From Candidatus Xenobia bacterium (GTDB lineage Bacteria; Vulcanimicrobiota; Xenobia; Xenobiales; QWHO01): DNA of 64,000 bases. The stretch covers positions 14,909 through 78,908 of the forward strand of contig BTUM01000033.1 in assembly GCA_045863235.1 (NCBI GenBank), in the 5' to 3' direction. The notes under the pieces were generated by a model, which saw only the letters and a list, made by a program, of their open reading frames with translations, searched no databases and was not told the DNA's origin. Shown here one piece after another: positions 57,274-64,000 of this stretch (the stretch's first letter is position 1; each line of letters opens with the position of its first letter). Both the position numbers and the translations under genes were made by a program.

Positions 57274-58839
57274 GTGAGAGTCATGCCTGATATCGTCGGA
57301 GCGGGCCAGAAGGGCGGGTTGCGAGACCGCGTGTCGATCGTGACCATGGATGGCCTGCACGGCTGCCTGCTCGATCAGTATGACCCCAAGACGCCTGGCC
57401 TGGTCACGGGCGGGGCGGCCCTTCTCTCCAGCGAGATTCGCCGCAAGCGCCAGGAGGCGGGAGAGCTACTGCTGCTTTCGGGCGGAGACTTCTTCCAGGG
57501 GCCGCCTATCTCCACCATGTTTGACGGCGAGCCGGTCATTCGCTTGATGAATCGCGACCGGTTCGATGCCATGACGCTCGGCAACCACGATTTCGACAAG
57601 GGCCAGCAGGTGCTCTCGCAGCGCATCCAGCAAGCACAGTTCCCGGTGATCGCTGCCAATCTACTCGATGACGCCACCGGCCGACACATCTCCGAGTCGG
57701 CCGGCCACGCTCTGGCCAAAGTGGGCGAATACTTCACCAAGAAGATCGGCCTGTGCACCGTGGCCGTCATCGGCCTGATGAAGGAAGAGTCGGGCAAGAC
57801 CACCCACCCGGACAATGTGAACGGCCTGCGCTTCGAGGATCCGGTTGAGACCCTCAGCCGCCTGGTGCCGAAGATCTGCGAGGAAGAGCGTCCCGACGTC
57901 CTGGTGCTGCAATACCAGCTGCTGCGCGAAGGAGGCACCGACCTTGCGGCCCAGGCTGCCGAACTGGCTGAGGAAGCGTCCGGCAAGCCCATTCCGGTGG
58001 TCCTGATGGGCGGGCATGGCTACACCGACTTCCAGGAGCCCCGGGTAGGCGAGAACACCCTGGTCGTGCAGAGCGGCGACCGGGGCGAAGAGCTCTCCGA
58101 GCTCGACCTGCGATTGGCCCCGGGCACAGCCCAGGTGGTCGGCTTCGAGCATCGCCGAGTGCCGATCAATTCGGCCGAGCTCGAACCAGACCCCGAGGTG
58201 ATGCAACTGCTCGAGGGCTACAAGGCCCGCCTGGGCGAGCGCATGGGCGAGGTGGTGGCTCACAATGAGGCTCCCCTCACGCGCGACAAAGTAAAGGATT
58301 CCCCCCTGGGCAACCTGGTGACCGACCTGCTCCGCGACGCCACCGGCTCGGACGTGGCCGTGATTCCCGGCGGCTCGCTCAAGGACGACATCAATCCGGG
58401 CCCCGTGGACGTGGGCGAGGTTTACAGCGCCTTCCCCTTCGATAGCCACGTGGTCAAGGTGGACATGACCGGCCGCGATCTCAAGCGACTGATGGAAGAG
58501 AGCCTGTCGCTCAAAGCGGGCAAGGTACTGCAGGTGTCCGGGCTGGAGATCAGCTTCGACCCGGAGAAGCCGCCTGGAGAGCGGATCGTCGAGATCAACA
58601 CCCCCGACGGAAAGCCACTGGGGGATGACCAGGTCTATCACGTGACCGCCGACGACTTCTTGCTGGCAGGCGGTGACAACTATACAGCCATGAAAGCCCG
58701 CGAGGCCGAGCACGGCCACCGGGTGCGCGACGTGCTGGTGGACCAGATGCGCCAGCGCGGCACAATCGCGCTGCACCTGGGCGGAGACCGCATCCGCGAG
58801 GCCTGCGCGGTCAAGTTCGACGGCTCGATCAGCGCCTGA
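57274..58839 (+). CDS. 5'-nucleotidase/UshA-like metallophosphoesterase, no signal peptide
   Basis: GGDFFQG, LGNHDFD, SPLGNLVTD, FPF, QVSGL, GGDNY. Confidence 0.88.
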   Translation: MRVMPDIVGAGQKGGLRDRVSIVTMDGLHGCLLDQYDPKTPGLVTGGAALLSSEIRRKRQEAGELLLLSGGDFFQGPPISTMFDGEPVIRLMNRDRFDAMTLGNHDFDKGQQVLSQRIQQAQFPVIAANLLDDATGRHISESAGHALAKVGEYFTKKIGLCTVAVIGLMKEESGKTTHPDNVNGLRFEDPVETLSRLVPKICEEERPDVLVLQYQLLREGGTDLAAQAAELAEEASGKPIPVVLMGGHGYTDFQEPRVGENTLVVQSGDRGEELSELDLRLAPGTAQVVGFEHRRVPINSAELEPDPEVMQLLEGYKARLGERMGEVVAHNEAPLTRDKVKDSPLGNLVTDLLRDATGSDVAVIPGGSLKDDINPGPVDVGEVYSAFPFDSHVVKVDMTGRDLKRLMEESLSLKAGKVLQVSGLEISFDPEKPPGERIVEINTPDGKPLGDDQVYHVTADDFLLAGGDNYTAMKAREAEHGHRVRDVLVDQMRQRGTIALHLGGDRIREACAVKFDGSISA

Positions 58840-58871
58840 TCAGCGCAGTGGACCAGATTTCTGGTCCAAGT

Positions 58872-59858
58872 TCAAACCACTTCGACCCCCAGATGCTCAA
58901 AGGCCAGCCGCGTGGCCTGGCGCCCGCGGTGAGTTTTCTGCACCAGCCCGGCCGCGAGCAGGTAAGGCTCATAGACCTCCTCGAGGTTGGCCGGGTCTTC
59001 CTGGACCGCCGCCGCCAGCGTGTTCAGACCGACCGGCTGGCCCCGGAAGCGCGCCACCAACACTTCGAGAATCTTTTGATCAAGCCGATCCAGGCCCCGC
59101 CTGTCGATCTGCATGCGGTCCAGGGCTCGCGAGGCCACCAGGCCGTCGATGGGGTCGGCCGCCTCGACCTGAGCGAAATCGCGCACCCTCCGGAGCAGAC
59201 GGTTGGCGATGCGGGGGGTGCCTCGACAGCGCGAGGCAATCTGGCGGCACCCTTCCGGCTCGATCGAGTAGCCCAGAATGCGAGCCGAGCGGCTGACAAT
59301 CTCCATCAACTCGCTCTCCTTGTAGAATTCGAGCTGCAACAAGATGCCGAAGCGACTGCGCAAGGGCGAGGAGATGGAGCCTGCCCGGGTGGTGGCGCCG
59401 ATCAGGGTGAACGGGGGGATGCGATGGGTGCGCGCCCCCTTGTTGTGCCCCTTGCTGAGAATGCGGTCGAAGGACAGGTCCTCCATGACCGGGTACATGA
59501 TCTCTTCCACCGTACGAGAGAGCCTGTGGATCTCGTCGATGAAGAGCACATCCCCTTCTTGCAGGGTGTTGAGCAGGACCAGCAGGTCGATGGGGCGCTC
59601 CACAGCCGGCCCCGAGGTGGTGCGCAGCTTCACCCCCATCTCCTGGGCCACCAGCGAAGCCAGCGTGGTCTTACCCAGGCCCGGGGGGCCCGAAATCAAC
59701 ACGTGGTCGAGCGGCTCGGCCCGCTCCTGGGCGGCCTGCAGGAAGACCCGTAAGTTCGCAACCACGCTCTCTTGCCCGATGTATTCCTCGAGCTGGCGCG
59801 GGCGCAGCGAGTTCTCGCGGTCTTCTTCCTGGGCAGCGGGATTGAGCAAGCGGAGCAT
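58872..59858 (-). CDS. ruvB: Holliday junction helicase RuvB
   Basis: LRP..LEEYIGQ, GPPGLGKTT, FIDEIHRL, RGTPRIANRLL. Confidence 0.98.
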   Translation of the reverse strand: MLRLLNPAAQEEDRENSLRPRQLEEYIGQESVVANLRVFLQAAQERAEPLDHVLISGPPGLGKTTLASLVAQEMGVKLRTTSGPAVERPIDLLVLLNTLQEGDVLFIDEIHRLSRTVEEIMYPVMEDLSFDRILSKGHNKGARTHRIPPFTLIGATTRAGSISSPLRSRFGILLQLEFYKESELMEIVSRSARILGYSIEPEGCRQIASRCRGTPRIANRLLRRVRDFAQVEAADPIDGLVASRALDRMQIDRRGLDRLDQKILEVLVARFRGQPVGLNTLAAAVQEDPANLEEVYEPYLLAAGLVQKTHRGRQATRLAFEHLGVEVV

Positions 59859-59898
59859 GGCTTGAGGAATATTCTATGCTCTGCCCGTCGGGCCCTCT

Positions 59899-60336
59899 TC
59901 AGGGAACGAAGCGGAACGAATTGACGAACTGCAGGTTCTCCTTCATATCGAAGCTGCGCCCGATGATGGCGTAGCCGCGAGAGGGAGTGTGGACCAGGTG
60001 GATCAGCACCGGCGAGCCGTCATGGTCGACTCCGCTCAGCTCCAGGCCCGGACGCTCGTCGACTTCGCGCTCGTTGCGAGCCAGGTTGGCCCGGGCATAG
60101 TCGGGACCGAGCTCGAGGAAGCTCTTCAAGAGCCCGTAGCGCGACTTGGACCACGCTTGGGGCAGCACCGCCACCGTGAAGGCACCGGCGTGAAACATTT
60201 CCATGGGGCCGTCTTTGGCGAAGGTCACCTTTTCGGGGAAGCTGGCCCGAAAGCCGGCCTGGGCGTTCTTGTATTCCTTCCACTCGGCCAGCGCCGGCCC
60301 AGCCAGCAACAACAAGATCAAGAACAGTTTCTTCAT
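59899..60336 (-). CDS. exported hypothetical protein
   Basis: Sec signal, WKEY..GF.ASFP, FVNSFRF. Confidence 0.7.
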   Translation of the reverse strand: MKKLFLILLLLAGPALAEWKEYKNAQAGFRASFPEKVTFAKDGPMEMFHAGAFTVAVLPQAWSKSRYGLLKSFLELGPDYARANLARNEREVDERPGLELSGVDHDGSPVLIHLVHTPSRGYAIIGRSFDMKENLQFVNSFRFVP

Positions 60337-60923
60337 GACTTCTCTCCTAACACACGCATCGCTTCCATGACCAGTCGGTCGGTTCCAACTTCGACCTCCC
60401 CCAATCGCTCCCGGGCGGCCTGAAGCGCCGCCAGCGCCTCGTCGCGGTGGCAGCCCAGCTGCATCAAGACGCCCACCGCCTCGAGGCGGGCAGCCTCGGG
60501 CTCGTCGGCCTCGCCGGGCGACAGAGCCGCGATCTTCTCGGACAGCTCCACGATCAACCGCTTGGCGGTCTTGGCGCCCACGCCGGGCACCCGGGTCAGG
60601 GACCGCACGTCCTCCTCCAGAATGGCCGCCGCCAACTGGCCGGGAGATAGGTGGCTGAGGAGCTTCAGGCCCAGCTTGGGCCCGATCCCGCTGATGGTGA
60701 GCACCAGCTTGAACAGCTCGCGCTCGCGGTTGGAACTGAAGCCGTAGAGGGAGAGCTCGTCCTCGCGCACGACCAGGAAAGTGGCCAGGCGCACCTCGTC
60801 ACCCGGCTCGAGCCGCTGCGAGATGGGGTCGGGCACCCGGACGGCCAGGCCCACGCCGCCTACGTCCACCACGGCCAATCCTTGCGAGACTTCGGCCACA
60901 GGGCCGCGTACGAACGCGATCAC
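60333..60923 (-). CDS. ruvA: Holliday junction protein RuvA
   Basis: VIAFVRG, VREDELSLYGF, ISGIGPK, VPGVGAKTA. Confidence 0.97.
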   Translation of the reverse strand: MIAFVRGPVAEVSQGLAVVDVGGVGLAVRVPDPISQRLEPGDEVRLATFLVVREDELSLYGFSSNRERELFKLVLTISGIGPKLGLKLLSHLSPGQLAAAILEEDVRSLTRVPGVGAKTAKRLIVELSEKIAALSPGEADEPEAARLEAVGVLMQLGCHRDEALAALQAARERLGEVEVGTDRLVMEAMRVLGEKS

Positions 60924-61402
60924 CGGTCCATGTCCCGTCGGAAGAGGTAGCACAGGGCGATGGCCAGCGCATCGGACACGTCGTCGGGCCGCGGAGGCTT
61001 CTCCAGCCCCAGCTGCATCATCACCATCTGGCGTACCTGGTCTTTGGAAGCCGATCCGTAGCCGGTCAGGGCCTCCTTGACCTGAACCGCGTTGTACTCG
61101 GCCAGCCGGGCCCCCTGCTCGGCCACGGCCAGCAAGATCACGCCCCGAGCCTCCCCCACCGCCATGGCGGTGGTCACGTTGCGGTTGAAGAAGAGCTGCT
61201 CCACCACCACATGCTGAGGCTCAGCCCGCCGCAGCACCTCCGAGAAACCGTCGTAGAGCGTGCGCAGCCGGGCCTCACGGCTTTGTTGAGGGGTGGTTGT
61301 GATGCAACCGAAGTCCAGGGCCTGCACGCGACCTTCCTCGAACGCCAGCACGCCGTATCCGGTTCTCGCCGTTCCCGGGTCGACCCCGATCACAATCTCC
61401 AT
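60920..61402 (-). CDS. ruvC: crossover junction endonuclease RuvC
   Basis: GVDPG, EQLFF, ARGV, DDVSDALAIA. Confidence 0.97.
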   Translation of the reverse strand: MEIVIGVDPGTARTGYGVLAFEEGRVQALDFGCITTTPQQSREARLRTLYDGFSEVLRRAEPQHVVVEQLFFNRNVTTAMAVGEARGVILLAVAEQGARLAEYNAVQVKEALTGYGSASKDQVRQMVMMQLGLEKPPRPDDVSDALAIALCYLFRRDMDR

Positions 61403-62151
61403 CAGGCGGAGGCCAGCTCTTCCAACACCTCGTCGGGAATCAGGAAGTTGGCGTAGACCTGTTGCACATCGTCCTGGTCCTCCAGCAGATCGACCAGCTT
61501 TAACACAGCGGGCGCATCCTCGCGAGAGACCTCGACCCCGTTCCGGGGCACCATCGAGAAGCCGGCCGACTCCACTTTGAGCCCGGCCTTCTCGAGCGCC
61601 TCCTTGACCTGGTGAAGGTCGGTGGGCTCGGTCAGGATCTCGAAGCGCTCGTCCTCGGCCACCATGTCCAGGGCCCCGCCCTCCATGGCGATCTCCAGCA
61701 CCTGCTCCTCCTCGAGCTTGCCCCTGTGCACCGTGATCACGCCGCGTTTGTCGAACATCCAGCCCACGCAGCCCGTCTCGCCGAGATTGCCACCATTCTT
61801 GGAGAAGATGACACGCATGTCGGCCGCCGTGCGATTGCGGTTGTCGGTGGTGACTTCCACGATCAGGGCCACCCCGGCCGGGCCATAGCCTTCGTAGATG
61901 AGCTCCTCCATGGAGCTGTCCCCGCCTCCCGTGGCCTTCTCGATGATGCGCTCGACGTTGCTCATCGGCATGTTGACCTCGCGGGCTTTAGCGATAGCCA
62001 TCTTGAGGCGGAAGTTGGCTTCCGGGTCGGAGCTGCCGGAGCGCGCCGCCATGAGGATCTCGCGCGAGACCTTGGTGAAGGCCTTGCCTTTGACGGCATC
62101 TTGCTTTCCCTTGCGTATGCGGATGTTATGCCATTTCGAATGACCAGCCAT
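61402..62151 (-). CDS. yebC: YebC/PmpR family protein
   Basis: MAGHSKW, YEGYGP, TDNRNRT, DDVQQVYAN. Confidence 0.96.
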   Translation of the reverse strand: MAGHSKWHNIRIRKGKQDAVKGKAFTKVSREILMAARSGSSDPEANFRLKMAIAKAREVNMPMSNVERIIEKATGGGDSSMEELIYEGYGPAGVALIVEVTTDNRNRTAADMRVIFSKNGGNLGETGCVGWMFDKRGVITVHRGKLEEEQVLEIAMEGGALDMVAEDERFEILTEPTDLHQVKEALEKAGLKVESAGFSMVPRNGVEVSREDAPAVLKLVDLLEDQDDVQQVYANFLIPDEVLEELASA

Positions 62152-62160
62152 ATGTTCTCC

Positions 62161-63474
62161 TCAGGGGTAAAGACGATAAAGCGTGCGCGGGAATGCGATC
62201 GTCTCGCGCACGTGCTCGATGCCGCAGATCCAGGTGACGGTGCGCTCCACGCCCAGGCCAAAGCCCGAGTGGGGCACGCTGCCATAGCGGCGCAGATCGA
62301 CATACCAGGCGTAGGCCTCGGGTGGAAGCTGGTGCTCGGCGATGCGCTGCTCGAGCAGAGCCAGGTCGTCGAGCCGCTGCCCGCCCCCGATCACCTCGCC
62401 ATAGCCCTCGGGAGCGAGCAGGTCGGCTCCCAGCACGGTCTCGGGCCGATCCGGGTCGGGCTTCATGTAGAAGGCCTTGACGGCGGCCGGGAAGTGATGC
62501 ACGAACACGGGTCGGTCGAACTGCTCGCTGACCAGGGTTTCGTCGGTGCCGCCGAAATCGCCGCCCCACTCGAATTCGACGCCTTTGTCGCGCAGGATCT
62601 GGACCGCCTCATCGTAGTGAATACGCGGGAAGGGGGGCACGATCTTCTCGAGCTTGCTGAAGTCGCGCTCGAGCAACTCGAGCTCGCGGCGCCGGTGCTG
62701 CAGGCACTGTTGCACCACGTAGCTGACCATCTGCTCCTGGATCTCCATGTTCTCCCACATATCCACGAAGGCCATCTCGGGCTCCACCATCCAGAACTCC
62801 ATCAGGTGGCGCCGGGTCTTGGACTTCTCGGCCCGGAAGGTGGGCCCGAAGGCGTAGACCTTGCCGAACGCCATGGCGGTCGCCTCGTTGTAGAGCTGGC
62901 CACTCTGGCTCAGAAAGGCCGAGTTCTCGAAGTACTTGGTCTCGAACAGGGTGGTGGTTCCCTCGCAGGCGCTGGGGGTCAAGATGGGCGTGTCGATGCG
63001 CAGAAAGCCGTGGTTATCGAGCCAATCGGAGATCGAGCGCATCACCTGGGCCCGCACCCGCAAGATAGCGTGCTGGCGCTGGGAGCGAATCCAGAGATGG
63101 CGGTGATCCATCAAGAAGTCGGTGCCGTGGTCCTTGGGGGTGATAGGATAACCCTCGGCGTTCTGCACGATCTCGACCCCGCTCACCAGCAGCTCGTAAC
63201 CGCCGGGAGCGCGGGCGTCCTCGCGCACCTCGCCCTCGACGATCAGGCTGGACTCCTGGCCGAGATGGCCGGTGCGCTCGAAAAGCTCCTCACCGGCGTC
63301 GTTCTTGGTCAGCACCCCCTGGATGCGGCCCGTGCCGTCGCGCAGTTTCAGGAAGCGAATCTTGCCCGAGGAGCGCATGTTGTCGAGCCAGCCGCGCAGG
63401 CGCACCTTCTGACCGGCATACTGACCGATCTGCTCGATGGTGGTGACGGGGACGGTGGTGGTGTCGATAGACAT
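62161..63474 (-). CDS. asnS: asparagine--tRNA ligase
   Basis: [43 protein letters not shown]. Confidence 0.96.
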   Translation of the reverse strand: MSIDTTTVPVTTIEQIGQYAGQKVRLRGWLDNMRSSGKIRFLKLRDGTGRIQGVLTKNDAGEELFERTGHLGQESSLIVEGEVREDARAPGGYELLVSGVEIVQNAEGYPITPKDHGTDFLMDHRHLWIRSQRQHAILRVRAQVMRSISDWLDNHGFLRIDTPILTPSACEGTTTLFETKYFENSAFLSQSGQLYNEATAMAFGKVYAFGPTFRAEKSKTRRHLMEFWMVEPEMAFVDMWENMEIQEQMVSYVVQQCLQHRRRELELLERDFSKLEKIVPPFPRIHYDEAVQILRDKGVEFEWGGDFGGTDETLVSEQFDRPVFVHHFPAAVKAFYMKPDPDRPETVLGADLLAPEGYGEVIGGGQRLDDLALLEQRIAEHQLPPEAYAWYVDLRRYGSVPHSGFGLGVERTVTWICGIEHVRETIAFPRTLYRLYP

Positions 63475-63630
63475 TGGGCGCGTTCCTCCTCGGTAGAACC
63501 GCCATTTTGCGCGGGAGGGGTCGGGTTCCTTCCCGGGGGCCGGTCAAGTGTGATATGCTCCATGACGAGCCGGACACCTGTGAGCAGAGGCCTCCAATGA
63601 TTCGTCCGGCTCGTGTGGGGTGAAAGGCCC

Positions 63631-64000
63631 ATGGAAGATCGGATCAGACGGATCTGGCGCGAGTTGCACCAGCTGAAGGTCCAACAGAGCGAAGACCGAG
63701 CCTGGCTCAGCCAGCGCCTCGAGCAGCAGCGTAATCGCCTGCTCGAGAACGGTGGTCAGCTGCGGCTGGTCGGTGACCGCGTCCGCGTGGTCGCCGACAA
63801 AGTCGAAGAGTCCTGCACGGAGCTTGCCGCCATGCGAGGCAGCTTCGGCCAGATCGAGCACAGCGTCGGCGAAATGCAGAGCAGCGTTGACGAGGTGCAG
63901 GGTAGCCTGGGCGAGGTGCAGGGTAGCGTCGTTCAGATGCAGAGCAGCCTGGGCGAGGTGCAGGGTAGCGTCGTTCAGATGCAGAGCAGCCTGGGCGAGG
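63631..64000 (+). CDS. coiled-coil heptad-repeat protein, truncated by window end
   Basis: open frame MEDRIRRIWRELHQLK...SLGEVQGSVVQMQS repeats. Confidence 0.7.
   Translation, partial: MEDRIRRIWRELHQLKVQQSEDRAWLSQRLEQQRNRLLENGGQLRLVGDRVRVVADKVEESCTELAAMRGSFGQIEHSVGEMQSSVDEVQGSLGEVQGSVVQMQSSLGEVQGSVVQMQSSLGE
63841..64000 (+). repeat. 21/42-bp coding tandem repeat
   Basis: AGCCTGGGCGAGGTGCAGGGTAGCGTCGTTCAGATGCAGAGC repeated. Confidence 0.9.

Overview
High-GC chromosomal window from a diderm bacterium (TolC proteins, type IV pilus genes). The protein repertoire loosely suggests Eremiobacterota/Vulcanimicrobiota, but that is an unverified impression. No rRNA, tRNA, CRISPR array, integrase or transposase was recognised. 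Contents in order: (1) a complete cbb3 oxidase cluster, ccoNOQP-GHIS plus DsbD_2, USP and two divergent CBS genes, with Crp/Fnr-type boxes at class II (-41.5) positions; (2) a small Tat-signal protein carrying a microviridin-type PFF leader motif and two marinostatin-like TxxxPSDxD cores, with no ATP-grasp ligase in the window (top candidate for a new system); (3) a PQQ-repeat propeller and a hypothetical protein; (4) a Crp/Fnr-DsrE-TusA-SQR-RND/TolC sulfur module; (5) a Uma2 plus Phd/VapC islet and an HAE1 RND pump; (6) a GGDEF-EAL protein and a pilX/pilV/pilW/pilC-like cluster with tandem NrdR-like boxes; (7) a Cys/acidic repeat protein, and a GAF kinase with a REC-dead HD-GYP-TPR-SARP regulator; (8) an APC permease, orphan aceK, tandem PilT ATPases plus a stand-alone PilC N-terminal-domain membrane protein; (9) housekeeping genes (rnc, fabF, ruvCAB, yebC, asnS) and a truncated heptad-repeat gene. 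All calls are from motif recognition by eye; no searches were run.
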